The notes under the pieces are model-generated. The model searched no databases. It worked only from the letters and a program-made list of their open reading frames with translations, and had not been told where the DNA came from. A DNA stretch of 53,564 bases from a virus. Lineage: Duplodnaviria > Caudoviricetes. The stretch lies in the IMG/VR virus record IMGVR_UViG_3300032893_000063, positions 1-53,564 of that record; one strand, written 5' to 3'. Positions within the stretch are counted from its first letter, which is position 1. The number at the start of each line of letters is the position of its first letter. This document shows, piece by piece, positions 1-10,611 of the stretch. A program made the position numbers and the translations under genes.

Positions 1-429
1 GCTAGGGGACTTGGAAGTACAACAGGAGGAGCTGCACTTAGTGGTGGTTTAGGCGGTTCTTATACTATTAATAGCCCCGCTTACGGAGTTGGATTTATAG
101 GGGGCCAGGGATCAGATAATGCTGCTAACGGCGGAACAACTAAAAATCCTGCTCCCGGCGGAAACTCTATGTTTGGTGGTGGGGGCGGGTGGCAGCAAGC
201 GACAGCCGCTGCAAGTGCAAATACAGGCGGAGGTGGGGCTGGATCGTACAACGGTAACACAACAGGCGGAAGCGGTGGTGGTGCCGGTGGGATTGACGCG
301 ATTGTCCCGTCTCCTAGTTCGTCTTATTCATACGCAGTGGGAACCGCAGGTCCTCATGGAACCGGAAACACATTCAACGGTCAAGATGGCGCAGCCGGGA
401 TTATTGTTATCGAGGAACACTATACTTAA
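1..429 (+). CDS. Gly-rich tail fibre protein, C-terminal part (truncated by window edge)
   Basis: Frame is open from base 1 to the stop at 429; ends GxxGAAGIIVIEEH, typical of Gly-rich fibre C-termini. Confidence 0.7.
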   Translation, partial: ARGLGSTTGGAALSGGLGGSYTINSPAYGVGFIGGQGSDNAANGGTTKNPAPGGNSMFGGGGGWQQATAAASANTGGGGAGSYNGNTTGGSGGGAGGIDAIVPSPSSSYSYAVGTAGPHGTGNTFNGQDGAAGIIVIEEHYT

Positions 430-431
430 TT

Positions 432-1448
432 ATGAGTAATGCACCAAGAATCGATAGATTAGAAAAGAATTATCTGATCAACGGAGGACTCGACTTCTGG
501 CAAAGGGGCGGAGCCTCGTCCTCTGTGAACGTCAATGCGGGTTCGTCATATGTCGGACCTGACCGCTTTAGAACGTCCTATTCTGGCACTACTGCTGGTG
601 CTCCACAACTTTCTAGAGTAGCAACCGGTCTTTCATCTCCAGCCCGAGTTAAGTACGATGCGCAGTGGAACGTAACGCTAATTACGGGTCCGCTTACAAT
701 GAACATGGAGCAACGAATTGAGGGGATCGAGGCGAGAGAGATCGCCTACGCAGGTTCCGCATCGTTCTCAGTTTGGGTAAACTCCGGATCTGGCGGCACC
801 ACCTCAGTGTCTGTTACCCTCAACGTCCCTACAGTAGAAGACAACTACTCTTCGGTGACGCAAATCTTCACGCAATCCACAACCATCTCCTCTAATACGT
901 GGACAAAGATTACCGCTACCAACATTTCTATCCCCTCTTCGGCATCGAGGGGGATCTCTGTCGTTGTTAGCATGACTCCAGCCGCATCAATCTTCACGAG
1001 CGTCAATTTTCTTTTTTCAGAATTCGTTTTGAACATCGGTAGCTTTAACTCCGATTTCTCCCGATATGGGGGATCGATTGGAAGAGAATTACAAGCGTGC
1101 CAAAGATATTATGAAAAAAGCTTCGATATCGACACGGCTGCTACAACAAACAGTGGAACAATAAATGGAGCGTATGAGCCCCCCTCCAGCGTCTCTGGGG
1201 CTTCCCCGATTCGGCAAGGTTCCGGCGTTCGGTTTATGGCTCTAAAAAGAGCTGTTCCTACTATTACTTTCTATAACCCACAGGCAGCTAACAACCAGAT
1301 GAGGAATAGAAGCAAAACCAACGACGCTGCGACAACAGCAACGGAAGCGCTTGGTTCCACCGGGTTTTCCTGCACAATCGCAGGACAGGCCAACTGGGTG
1401 GTTGGGGATACCCTATCTGTTCATTGGTCAGCAGACGCGGAGCTTTAA
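432..1448 (+). CDS. Tail fibre / carbohydrate-binding virion protein
   Basis: KNYLINGGLDFWQRG start and ELQACQRYYEKS ... HWSADAEL end, a common phage fibre module. Confidence 0.75.
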   Translation: MSNAPRIDRLEKNYLINGGLDFWQRGGASSSVNVNAGSSYVGPDRFRTSYSGTTAGAPQLSRVATGLSSPARVKYDAQWNVTLITGPLTMNMEQRIEGIEAREIAYAGSASFSVWVNSGSGGTTSVSVTLNVPTVEDNYSSVTQIFTQSTTISSNTWTKITATNISIPSSASRGISVVVSMTPAASIFTSVNFLFSEFVLNIGSFNSDFSRYGGSIGRELQACQRYYEKSFDIDTAATTNSGTINGAYEPPSSVSGASPIRQGSGVRFMALKRAVPTITFYNPQAANNQMRNRSKTNDAATTATEALGSTGFSCTIAGQANWVVGDTLSVHWSADAEL

Positions 1449-1451
1449 TCT

Positions 1452-1991
1452 ATGGCGCAGACACCTTTACAGCCTGTAGGAGCACTCGGTTCAGTACAGT
1501 TTTCAATTCTAACCCAGACTCAGTTTCAAGCTGTGTATGGGACGGGCTGGGTTTTGTGCCAAGGACAGAGCATTTCTGGAAGTGCTTTAGCATCACTTAC
1601 TGGAATCACCACGCTTCCAGATTGCCGGGGAATGTCTCTTCGCGGGAAGAATAACGGCAGATCGGATGGTAGCCAGAATCCAGACGGAGATGTGGCTTTA
1701 GGAACTTATCAGGCTGATAATTTTGCTTCACATACCCATGTTCAAAATACTCACGGCCATACCGTTAATGACTCTGGACATGGACACGGATCGTGGGCTT
1801 CGGACGTGTCTGGGCCAGATGCTGACGCTTATCTTCGTGGCGAGGCGCAGGGTGCAAATTACCCAAACACCGTAATTAGCGGGACGTCAAATATATCCCT
1901 AAATAACACAACAGCAACCAACCAAAATACCGGCGGTAATGAAACCCGAATGAGAAATATCACTCTTAACGTATTTATCAGGATCAACTAA
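1452..1991 (+). CDS. Tail collar-domain (short fibre-like) protein
   Basis: GWVLCQGQ, LPDCRGMSLRG, GTYQADNFASHTH, HxH repeats, GGNETRMRNI. Confidence 0.8.
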   Translation: MAQTPLQPVGALGSVQFSILTQTQFQAVYGTGWVLCQGQSISGSALASLTGITTLPDCRGMSLRGKNNGRSDGSQNPDGDVALGTYQADNFASHTHVQNTHGHTVNDSGHGHGSWASDVSGPDADAYLRGEAQGANYPNTVISGTSNISLNNTTATNQNTGGNETRMRNITLNVFIRIN

Positions 1992-1994
1992 TTT

Positions 1995-2711
1995 ATGGTC
2001 TACAAGATCATCCAAGTTTCCACACAAGCTATCGTCGCTACCTATACGGACATAAATCCTTATGGTGGAGACTGGTCTTGCAGTGCCAATCCGGATTTCA
2101 TTGCTCTTCAGGTTCCAGACGGGGCTGACCCCAATGGTCTTATCGTTCAAGACTCCCAGTTGATCTTTGACCAGCCCACCTTAGATGCGTGGCAGAGAGC
2201 CCAAAATAAAGCAGCCTTGGATGCTTATACTTCATCCAGAGAATCTCAGGCTGAATTAGACATACAAACTGCCTTACAGGTAGCCACTGGGCAAAACGAC
2301 GATTACACGACCCATCTGGCAATCGTAGCTTATGCGACGGACGTGGCTTTATTTACTAATGAGTGGAGCCAGACGCTAAACGGCGATGTTCTTAGCAATA
2401 GCGATCTTGTGCAGAATCTCTCTTCTACAGCGACACTGACTGTTGGAATGGCGGCAAGCGGTGGCGGGCTTCCTCTGGGTACCACTGTAGCGGAGGTGCA
2501 GACCTCTACGCGAGTTAAGCTTTCTGCTAAATCCACCCTTACGGCTAACCAAGAGCCGGTTACTTTTAGCCCTCTTCCGTCTGCTTTAAATATCTTGGCG
2601 CTTTACCGACCGATCTACGCACAGATCCAAGCCATCCGTTCTCAAAGAGATTTAGACATCGCCAACTTTATCCCGCCCTATCCCAGCGTAAACCCCGTTT
2701 ACCCGGCATAA
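1995..2711 (+). CDS. Hypothetical tail-fibre-associated protein
   Basis: 238-aa ORF tightly packed after the collar gene. Confidence 0.55.
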   Translation: MVYKIIQVSTQAIVATYTDINPYGGDWSCSANPDFIALQVPDGADPNGLIVQDSQLIFDQPTLDAWQRAQNKAALDAYTSSRESQAELDIQTALQVATGQNDDYTTHLAIVAYATDVALFTNEWSQTLNGDVLSNSDLVQNLSSTATLTVGMAASGGGLPLGTTVAEVQTSTRVKLSAKSTLTANQEPVTFSPLPSALNILALYRPIYAQIQAIRSQRDLDIANFIPPYPSVNPVYPA

Positions 2712-2741
2712 TTGTAGCTAGCGAGTCGGGCATAGACTCCG

Positions 2742-2747
2742 TATAAT
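2742..2747 (+). promoter_or_regulatory. sigma70-like -10 (TATAAT) 6 nt before the ATG at 2754
   Basis: Perfect TATAAT in a short intergenic gap. Confidence 0.4.
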
Positions 2748-2753
2748 GGAGCT

Positions 2754-3008
2754 ATGGGTCGTGAAGATTTCTCCGTCGAAAACGAATTAGTTGAGGTTAA
2801 AGTCCAGATCGCTCGAATCGATGAGCGACTAAAGAGCATTAGCGAGAAGCAGGACTGTACTCACGAAAGATTAGACGTCATTCTCACAAAAATGGGCAGC
2901 CATGCTAAGGCCATCGAACGTTACAAGACTGACCGGAAATGGATTGCGGGGATCTTCGGAGCCCTCTATGCCCTCCTCATTGCGTGGGTAGAGTATCGAT
3001 CTAAATAA
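2754..3008 (+). CDS. Holin/XhlA-like coiled-coil membrane protein
   Basis: Coiled coil (IARIDERLKSI) plus one C-terminal TM helix. Confidence 0.55.
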   Translation: MGREDFSVENELVEVKVQIARIDERLKSISEKQDCTHERLDVILTKMGSHAKAIERYKTDRKWIAGIFGALYALLIAWVEYRSK

Positions 3009-3076
3009 GGTTTTTACCCGCAAGACTCCTCTTACTCCTTCTGCTAAAATAAGGGCATTCCTATAGGAGGGATTTT

Positions 3077-3529
3077 ATGACTTCAGTAGTCAATGCAATT
3101 AATGACGTTCTGAATGCGGCAAGTGTCACCTGGGCTCAGCTCTTTGGTGATGTCATGGCTGCTTTTCAGGGATTTGGTGGCCTAGCCTGGTCGATGAAGA
3201 TTGCTGTCGTCGTGATGGTAATCATCGGGCTTATGAAGATCAGCTCGCTCAGCAGCTTCTGGGCTAAGCTCGGCTCAGCACAAGCCTGGCTTGCTCCGGC
3301 TTTGGGCCTGCTCTTAGGCGTCTTAACCCTTGGGGCAAGCGGTCAGCTTTCTTGGTCCGGAGTTTTTGCTTATATGGGATCTGGAGCAGGAGCTATCGCT
3401 CTTCACGAGCTTCTCGATGCGGTTAAGTCAATCCCGGGTCTAGGGTCTGCCTACGTTTCGATTATCAATATGATCGAAGGCATTCTTCCAGGACCCTTGG
3501 CCAAGAAAAAGCCGATGATTAAGGCGTAA
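3077..3529 (+). CDS. Holin-like multi-TM protein
   Basis: About 3 hydrophobic helices, basic C-terminus, AGGAGG RBS. Confidence 0.5.
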   Translation: MTSVVNAINDVLNAASVTWAQLFGDVMAAFQGFGGLAWSMKIAVVVMVIIGLMKISSLSSFWAKLGSAQAWLAPALGLLLGVLTLGASGQLSWSGVFAYMGSGAGAIALHELLDAVKSIPGLGSAYVSIINMIEGILPGPLAKKKPMIKA

Positions 3530-3535
3530 CCACCC

Positions 3536-3967
3536 ATGGGCATCATTCCAACCCCGGTAAATAACGTCGCAAATGCGATCAATGATGCGATTCAGATCGC
3601 GATCTTTGACGTGGCTTTAAACGCTCTTAAAGCCTATGCAATTGCCAATTTACCGTGGTTGGGATGGCCCGTTATCAACCAAATCTTTAACCTTGTTACT
3701 AATCTTATTGGGAAGTACGTTTATACCTATCTTTCGCAGATCGCTACCTTTACGGTGATCGATATGCAGACAGATGCGGAGCGGGCTGCTTATAGCCAGG
3801 CTTTAGTTAACCTTCAGGCTGCCTACACGACAGGAGATCAGAATGCAATCGGACAGGCCACGTCCCAAGTCAAAACAGCTTTGGCTTCTCTCATTCACTT
3901 TGATGGGAGCTCTACTGTTCAGCTTAGGGCAATTTTCAGGCTGCGCCAGAGTCACTATCAAAGATAG
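3536..3967 (+). CDS. Hypothetical membrane protein, possible i-spanin analogue
   Basis: Hydrophobic N-half, helical C-half; its 3' end overlaps a lipoprotein ORF. Confidence 0.4.
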   Translation: MGIIPTPVNNVANAINDAIQIAIFDVALNALKAYAIANLPWLGWPVINQIFNLVTNLIGKYVYTYLSQIATFTVIDMQTDAERAAYSQALVNLQAAYTTGDQNAIGQATSQVKTALASLIHFDGSSTVQLRAIFRLRQSHYQR

Positions 3968-4274
3968 TGAGTGGTGCGGCGATCTCGGAAGCCAGGGTGC
4001 GGCGTGCTTTCACACACTGACGACTGCTGAAGAGGACCTCCCTAAAGCAATCTGGGATCTCAGACGATTTGGCCAAGTTTGCACAACTGCCGATACCTTT
4101 GCAGACTGGAAACAGGTGATCGAGGATCTTTGCTCTTACTCGAATGACTGTGACTATCAGACCCAGCAGAGCATCCAAGAGTTCTTTAAAAAGGTCGACA
4201 AATTTAAGGCTAAGAGAGACCAAGTTCTTAAAGAGATGGACGCCGATATGCGTTACCGGCTGACTCATCCATAA
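3903..4274 (+). CDS. Cys-rich lipoprotein, possible o-spanin analogue
   Basis: MGALLFSLGQFSG-C lipobox-like start within ORF 3843..4274; start codon uncertain. Confidence 0.45.
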   Translation: MGALLFSLGQFSGCARVTIKDSEWCGDLGSQGAACFHTLTTAEEDLPKAIWDLRRFGQVCTTADTFADWKQVIEDLCSYSNDCDYQTQQSIQEFFKKVDKFKAKRDQVLKEMDADMRYRLTHP

Positions 4275-4305
4275 GCGTATGTTATTCTAGGCGTAGGAGA
4301 TCAAG

Positions 4306-4749
4306 ATGGCTAACCCGACAATCGTTTTCTTTGGGCAAATGCCCACCACGATCGTGATGCAGTCGACGAGTCAGTTTGACGGAACTACTCCGCAGACCAT
4401 CAGCTACCCTACGAATCCTGTGATGAGTCCAGCACTTTACGTCTTTGCTCCTCAGGCAGGAGGAGGTCTTTATAACTTTCATGATCTCGTGGGGACTCAG
4501 GAGTCCATTACTATCTTGAGCATTTCTTATAAGGGCGGTGGGAGCTTAGCAGTCAGCCGTTACTACTCCAACGTTGCCGGAACTCCATCAATCCCTGTAG
4601 GAACTATTACGACTGCGGGAGACCTTGTTTTTGAGACCGGAGATCTCACGCTTTCTCCTTACGAAGACCTTACTTTTATCAGCACAGGAGCAACCAACCC
4701 CATCGTAGCTGTCACTGCGATGCTCACCTCAAGCACTTGGGCGAGTTAA
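4306..4749 (+). CDS. Virion structural protein (hypothetical)
   Basis: AGGAG RBS; Thr/Gly/Pro-rich beta composition. Confidence 0.55.
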   Translation: MANPTIVFFGQMPTTIVMQSTSQFDGTTPQTISYPTNPVMSPALYVFAPQAGGGLYNFHDLVGTQESITILSISYKGGGSLAVSRYYSNVAGTPSIPVGTITTAGDLVFETGDLTLSPYEDLTFISTGATNPIVAVTAMLTSSTWAS

Positions 4750-4750
4750 A

Positions 4751-5128
4751 ATGCCATATTACGCTGGAGTAAGCGCCGAACAGTTAGCCAATATTTCGAC
4801 GAACCTGGAACTCCAGCAGAACGGTTCTCCAGCAGACCCCGTTGTTATCGAACAGTCTATTGGGATCGAACCCCTCCCCGTAAAGAGACAAGTTTGGTGG
4901 ATTGTGAGCACGGGCGGTGGATTAATCGTTACCGCGACTCCACAGATTGCCCCGGGAACCTTGCCCAACCAGGAACTCTATCTTGTCGGAACGGACCCCG
5001 TAAACTTCATCACGCTTGAAGACGGAAACGGTCTGAGTCTAAACGGAGAAGTAAGCATTGACGACCAGGAGACTCTTTATCTCATCTGGGATGGCAATAA
5101 CTGGAACGAAATCTCAAGGAGGAGATGA
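4751..5128 (+). CDS. Virion protein sharing its C-terminal module with the next gene
   Basis: QELYLVGTD...GLSLNG...WNEISRR resembles QELVIIGTD...GLSLNG...WVEDSRR in 5125..6564. Confidence 0.6.
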   Translation: MPYYAGVSAEQLANISTNLELQQNGSPADPVVIEQSIGIEPLPVKRQVWWIVSTGGGLIVTATPQIAPGTLPNQELYLVGTDPVNFITLEDGNGLSLNGEVSIDDQETLYLIWDGNNWNEISRRR

Positions 5129-6564
5129 CCGTGAACAAAACAAAACTAACAGCATTTTTAGCAATGATGCTTTTGTCTTGGTCAGCCCAAGCAAGCAGTA
5201 ACCGAATTCTCGATGGGCAGGAGATCACCAATAACGGTGCTGTCCTCACTCTTCCGACAACTACAGATACAATCGTAGGTCGAGCAACGAATGATACTCT
5301 TACAAATAAGACGATGAGCGGGTTGTCTAACACCTTCTCAAACATCTCTGGGTCATCGCTTGCTTCCGGAGCTGTGGTTACCAACTTAGGTTATACCCCG
5401 CTTAATAAGGCAGGGGATACCATGTCAGGTAGCCTGAACATGGGCGGATTTGCGATTACCAACCTAAGCGCTACCCCCCAGGCTAATGGCGCTGCCGTTC
5501 TTGATGGAAGTGCTAAGATCCCGGTCTCCGAGCTCCCAAGCACGGTCATGGAGTACCAAGGAGCCTGGAACGCCAACACCAACACACCTACTCTCGCCAA
5601 TACTGGGTGCGTTACCGGGACTAACGGCAACGTTTACCGAGTCAGCGTAGCAGGTACCCAAGATCTGGGCGCTGGAAGCATCACCTTCCAAGTAGGAGAT
5701 TTCGTCATTTGTAGCTCAACGCTTGGAGAGTGGCAGGATTCACCGGCTGCTGATGGGGTGACCTCTGTTAACGGTATGCAAGGAGCAGTGACAATCACTG
5801 CTTCTGGAATCGGTGCCGCCGCAAGCGGGGCCAACAGCGATATCACTTCTCTTTCCGGTCTAACTACTCCGCTCTCGGTTCCACAGGGAGGCACTGGGGC
5901 AGGAACTTGGACGTCAAAGGGTATCCTCTACGGAAACGGGACTTCAGCTCTTAACGTAACCGCCGCTGGAACTCAATATCAGGTGCTTCAAGCGGGTAGC
6001 GGTGGAACCCCTGCCTTTGATGCAGTTCATCTGGATCAATCTGCAGCTGTAACCGGAACTCTTCCGGTCAGTAACGGCGGTACAGGGGCCAGCACTTTGG
6101 CGCTCCATAACGTTCTTTTGGGTAACGGAACTTCCCCCGTGGCTACAGTAGCTCCTGGGACTTCAGGAAATGTTCTTACGTCTAACGGAACAACCTGGGT
6201 GAGTTCAGCCCCCTCGGTTACCAGCCCCTCTATCAACGGTGGGTCTGGGTCGCCAGAATCGGTTACTGCCGCAGGAGGAGTCACTCTTACGAGTATTGGC
6301 TATACGAACTATGTTTGGGTAGCTGGAAACGGAGGCGCAGTCACTGTGACTGCTACGCCATCTGTTACTGCCTGCGCTTCCGATGGGCAGGAGCTCGTGA
6401 TTATTGGGACTGACAATACCAACACTGTAACATTGCAGGACCAAAGCAATTTAGCTAGCAGCGGCTTGAGCCTAAACGGTAACTGGGTTGGCGCTAAGGA
6501 CAGTGCCATTACCCTTCACTGCGACACCACTCAGGGGCTGTGGGTTGAGGATTCTAGACGTTAA
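5125..6564 (+). CDS. Fibre-like protein with signal peptide
   Basis: GANSDITSLSGLTTPLSVPQGGTGA and LPVSNGGTGA fibre repeats, YQGAWNANTNTPTL; N-terminal ...LLSWSAQA. Confidence 0.7.
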   Translation: MTVNKTKLTAFLAMMLLSWSAQASSNRILDGQEITNNGAVLTLPTTTDTIVGRATNDTLTNKTMSGLSNTFSNISGSSLASGAVVTNLGYTPLNKAGDTMSGSLNMGGFAITNLSATPQANGAAVLDGSAKIPVSELPSTVMEYQGAWNANTNTPTLANTGCVTGTNGNVYRVSVAGTQDLGAGSITFQVGDFVICSSTLGEWQDSPAADGVTSVNGMQGAVTITASGIGAAASGANSDITSLSGLTTPLSVPQGGTGAGTWTSKGILYGNGTSALNVTAAGTQYQVLQAGSGGTPAFDAVHLDQSAAVTGTLPVSNGGTGASTLALHNVLLGNGTSPVATVAPGTSGNVLTSNGTTWVSSAPSVTSPSINGGSGSPESVTAAGGVTLTSIGYTNYVWVAGNGGAVTVTATPSVTACASDGQELVIIGTDNTNTVTLQDQSNLASSGLSLNGNWVGAKDSAITLHCDTTQGLWVEDSRR

Positions 6565-6587
6565 TACTAGACCTAGAGAGGAAACTC

Positions 6588-9500
6588 ATGAAGCGGGTTC
6601 GCCATCTTATCTTGGGGTTAGCCCTAATCTGGTGCTCCGCTGCAAACGCAGCGGGCACCAGAACTCTTGATGCGGATAATTTTATCGACTCAAGTCACGC
6701 CTCGACGTGGTTACAATACAGTTCCGGAAATACGACCATTAATGGAACGTTCACGACCCTAGGAACCCAAGATACCACCACTTTTGTTTTATCTGCATTC
6801 AGCGGACAAACAAATAACCTTGTTGAGATGGACGACTCTCAGGGCAACGCTAATGTTACTTTTGGTCCTGATGGAAACCTTGCTATCGGGTTCAATGACT
6901 TCTTACCCAGCGATGTTCTCCAACTTTATTCTGATGGTACTGGGAACCTGATCAATGGATTTAATCAGAGTTCCCAGGTGTTCTGGGTAACTGGAACTGG
7001 TGATACCCACGTACATTCAATTACAGCCCCTGATGGCCTAATCCTACCTACATCTATTTCGCAACCCACTTGTAACTCGACTAACCGAGGGTGGGTGTGG
7101 ATTGTCCAAGGTGGTGCCGGTGTTGCTGATAGCTATCAAGTTTGCGAAAAGAATTCTTCCAACGCCTATGTATGGACTACTTTAGGCGGCGTTACCACCA
7201 TGGGCGCATTTGGATCATCTCCCAACGCTAATGGTGCAACGATATCGGGTTCTACCCTCACACTTCAACCAGCAAGCACAAGTTTCTCTGGCGGGGTAAC
7301 GACGGGAACTCAAAGTTTTGCTGGAGATAAAACGCTCACGGGTACGACAACTGCGCACAATACCGGGTCCGCAATCAGCCTCATCGTTCAATCTAATGGC
7401 AGCTCTGCTGGATTTTTAATGGAAGATTCCGGCGCAAATCAGGTCTTATATATTTCGAACGACGGAAAGATCGTGATGCAGCCGGTGACAGCCAACAACG
7501 GTAGCAACCCTTGGATTGGGTACGCACAACCTTCGGGGGATACTAGAAACTTTATTACCTTTGGGGATTCCGTCCAAGGGCTTGGTTGTTCCGGAGTTCA
7601 CTGTACTTGGCAAGTTACGTCTGACGGTACTGTCCAGGGGAATCACGTAGGATTGGGCACCGCGTACTACGCGAATGGTACGACTGGAAACATCTGGTCG
7701 GCTGGAAATATCACAGCTACGAGCGCTGGGTCGTCGTTTGACGGTCTTGATCTTCAGTCTCAGACTCTTTCTAGCGTAACGCTCGTTAATGGAACTGATG
7801 TTGGAAATTCTGGAAATCTAAGCCTCACCTTACGAGGAGGCAATACTCCTGGATTCACTGTCGGGGCAAGTCTCTTTCTTGATGCTGGTCAGGGCAATAC
7901 TGGCTTTGGCGGCAACGGAACTTTGTCTGGCGGAGACGGAAGTAGCCAAGGTGGTTCGCTTACTATTTCTGGGGGTCACTCCAACTCTGCAGCTGGGGAT
8001 ATTACTCTTCAAGCCGGTCAGCCGACAGGAAGCCCAGCTACTCATGGAGCTCAAATTGTTCTCAATCACGGTGATGGTGGCTCAGGAGCTGGTGGTAATC
8101 TCCAACTTAACGGCGGAGATGACAACGGTGCTGCTGGGGGAGACGTCACAATAACTGCTGGCGGCGGGACTCCAGGCGGAGCCATTTATTTTCAATCAAA
8201 CACCACATTCTCAGGATTCATTGATGAGGCTCAGCAGAGCACTCCAGCCAACCCTGCGTCTGGGCACGACCGTCTCTACTTCAAAAGCGACGACAATCTT
8301 TACAAACTTACAAGTGGTGGCACTGAAACAATGATTGGTGGCGGCGGTGGCAACACCGGCATTGATCAAGAGAGCGCCGTCAATGGTAATACACCCTATA
8401 CCATGACAAAAACTGCAGGATTAACGCTTGAAATGGGTATTGGCGCTGGCTACAACGACGATAGCCAAGTGGTGAGGTTGCCAGACGCAACAACTTTACA
8501 AATAGGGGATGCGGTTGTTATCACTACTATTGCCTCAACCTACCCGGGTCAAACATTTCAATCTCACTACATAACAGTAAAGAAAAACAGCGGAGCTAAC
8601 CTCAGTGGATTCGGTAGCCCCATTCTTTATTGGAACCAGAGTATTGCCCTAGTCTGCACAGATAATTCTTCAGCAAACGGAAGCTGGCAGGTTACAAGTA
8701 CGACATTTAGTCGCGATAATGGGGATGACTTATTTCTTCAGGGGAACCTTTCCCTTTGGAACGGCGGAACAGTAGAGACTGATTATCTAGCCAGTTACGC
8801 CGGTAGCGGAATCAATTTACAGGATAGTCTTTTTGTATCCCCCGGGACCGATGTTATCCCCCTTACTGTCAACGAGATCAGTGGGGCCACGTCTGATTTT
8901 ATTAATTTGAAAACGTCTACGCCGGTTACCGTATTCAAAGTAGACCACCAAGGAAATACATCGATTACTGGCACCGCAGACGCAGTAGAGTTAACAGTAA
9001 ATGGGGCTAGCGGACAGACAAATAATGCGATTAATGTGCTCGGAGCATTGAACGGAGTTATTTTCACCGTAGGTTTTAATTCCAACCAATGGGGATTAGT
9101 TGGGATAAACGGAGACATAAATATTCAGGGATCAGATGATTCAACTGAAGTTACTGCCTCTGGATTTGGGCTTTCCAATTTCTCTGCTGACGTTACCTCT
9201 GGAAGTACCTGTCTTGCCAATCCAGATAATTTAACTGGTGTTGCTAACGGGCAGTATGTTTTTGACGAGTCTAACCCCTCGTATATTAGACTCGGAACAA
9301 TCGTAACAGGACTGCCTGGTGGATGCCCTGCGGGACAAGTCGAAATCTCTCTTCCGGCTACTGGGACTGCGACGGGAGACCAGATCGCAACGGGGCAGGA
9401 AGCGGATGTCGCCGATTATAACAGCGCCGGGGGCGTTACCTCACTCGCTGTATTGGGAAGCGGGAAAGTAGCTCTTACTAATGGCCCGCCCTTTTCGGGA

Positions 9501-9854
9501 ACCCCTCCCACAACTCTTAGTGGAGCAAGTGGACATCTTACTTCCGCAACAGTCGGTACTTACGGGGCGGGTAAGCTCGACCAAGCAGTCAGCATAAATA
9601 ACTTTACGGTAACCCCCGGAGAATTCACCTGCACTGTGAACCCAACAGTAAAACTCCAAGATTGTGGAACAAGCGCAACTTGTGCCTCTCCCGTAGATGT
9701 AAATAATGCCACGATCACTGCGGCAGGGACAATTACAACCGGGACACAACAGCAATCTAGAATACCCGCAGGAGATTATTGGAGAATCCAACTAACTGCC
9801 GGGACATGCACATTGTTGAACTTCAATGCTTCAGCTTTAGTGTATGTTGAATAA
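6588..9854 (+). CDS. Long Gly/Thr/Ser-rich fibre or adhesin-like protein with signal peptide
   Basis: 1088 aa, GGxxxLxGG beta repeats, N-terminal MKRVRHLILGLALIWCSAANA. Confidence 0.65.
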   Translation: MKRVRHLILGLALIWCSAANAAGTRTLDADNFIDSSHASTWLQYSSGNTTINGTFTTLGTQDTTTFVLSAFSGQTNNLVEMDDSQGNANVTFGPDGNLAIGFNDFLPSDVLQLYSDGTGNLINGFNQSSQVFWVTGTGDTHVHSITAPDGLILPTSISQPTCNSTNRGWVWIVQGGAGVADSYQVCEKNSSNAYVWTTLGGVTTMGAFGSSPNANGATISGSTLTLQPASTSFSGGVTTGTQSFAGDKTLTGTTTAHNTGSAISLIVQSNGSSAGFLMEDSGANQVLYISNDGKIVMQPVTANNGSNPWIGYAQPSGDTRNFITFGDSVQGLGCSGVHCTWQVTSDGTVQGNHVGLGTAYYANGTTGNIWSAGNITATSAGSSFDGLDLQSQTLSSVTLVNGTDVGNSGNLSLTLRGGNTPGFTVGASLFLDAGQGNTGFGGNGTLSGGDGSSQGGSLTISGGHSNSAAGDITLQAGQPTGSPATHGAQIVLNHGDGGSGAGGNLQLNGGDDNGAAGGDVTITAGGGTPGGAIYFQSNTTFSGFIDEAQQSTPANPASGHDRLYFKSDDNLYKLTSGGTETMIGGGGGNTGIDQESAVNGNTPYTMTKTAGLTLEMGIGAGYNDDSQVVRLPDATTLQIGDAVVITTIASTYPGQTFQSHYITVKKNSGANLSGFGSPILYWNQSIALVCTDNSSANGSWQVTSTTFSRDNGDDLFLQGNLSLWNGGTVETDYLASYAGSGINLQDSLFVSPGTDVIPLTVNEISGATSDFINLKTSTPVTVFKVDHQGNTSITGTADAVELTVNGASGQTNNAINVLGALNGVIFTVGFNSNQWGLVGINGDINIQGSDDSTEVTASGFGLSNFSADVTSGSTCLANPDNLTGVANGQYVFDESNPSYIRLGTIVTGLPGGCPAGQVEISLPATGTATGDQIATGQEADVADYNSAGGVTSLAVLGSGKVALTNGPPFSGTPPTTLSGASGHLTSATVGTYGAGKLDQAVSINNFTVTPGEFTCTVNPTVKLQDCGTSATCASPVDVNNATITAAGTITTGTQQQSRIPAGDYWRIQLTAGTCTLLNFNASALVYVE

Positions 9855-9868
9855 AAGGGGATAGAGTT

Positions 9869-10462
9869 ATGAGTGCCTTTCAAAACAAGCCCTGGGAAAC
9901 AGATATCTATCTCTCACTCTCAGGTATCCCCGCGCCCGGAATTATCTATAGTCAGGTGCTCGTCAAATACAAGAAGTTTGGTGCGGCAACCTTTACGACG
10001 AGAACTCTGGTTAACGGGGATCTCGTTGACTTGGGAGATGGGTTTTATACGCTTAAATGGCCCGATACTTTTACAGATACGCTTGGAACCTTCATGTACA
10101 TCATGACAAGCGTTCTTTTTGATAACTTCATCTACGACACCTTTGATGTAGAGCCACAGCCACTAGCTCTTTCTGTCCCTCCGGATATTTGCGTTGTTTC
10201 CGGAAACATCACTGATCTTGGAGGACATCCCTCTCAAAAGGTCCAAGTCAGTTTCAGGATTCCAGAATTCCCAGCTATCTCTGGGAACACCATTATCGAC
10301 GCTAATAAGATTTATACTACGCCAGATGCGGCGGGGAACTTTTCTATCAACTTGATCCAGGGCCAGACAGTCATTGTTGAGATTGAGCGGACGGGGATTT
10401 ACGCCCAAATTACAATCCCGATGGCCCCCTCGGCTGATCTTGTTAGTCTTCTCCCTCCCTAA
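9869..10462 (+). CDS. Virion protein with C-terminal Ig/prealbumin-like domain
   Basis: CVVSGNI...PDAAGNFSINLIQG resembles the C-terminus of 21244..22119. Confidence 0.55.
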   Translation: MSAFQNKPWETDIYLSLSGIPAPGIIYSQVLVKYKKFGAATFTTRTLVNGDLVDLGDGFYTLKWPDTFTDTLGTFMYIMTSVLFDNFIYDTFDVEPQPLALSVPPDICVVSGNITDLGGHPSQKVQVSFRIPEFPAISGNTIIDANKIYTTPDAAGNFSINLIQGQTVIVEIERTGIYAQITIPMAPSADLVSLLPP

Positions 10463-10463
10463 T

Positions 10464-10502
10464 AGCTAAAAAATAAACCGGCTCCTCAGAAGAGGAGCCG
10501 GT
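10464..10502 (-). terminator. Intrinsic terminator: hairpin then TTATTTTTTAGCT
   Basis: 11-bp stem accggctcctc/gaggagccggt at a convergent gene junction. Confidence 0.85.
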
Positions 10503-10611
10503 AGCAATCGCTTGCTTGTCGTTAACGTTAACTGCAATTGCGGATTACTTCTTGAGTCTCTTCCGCCGAGACTTACTCCATTACTGACTTCCTACAGCTT
10601 AATATGGTCGT

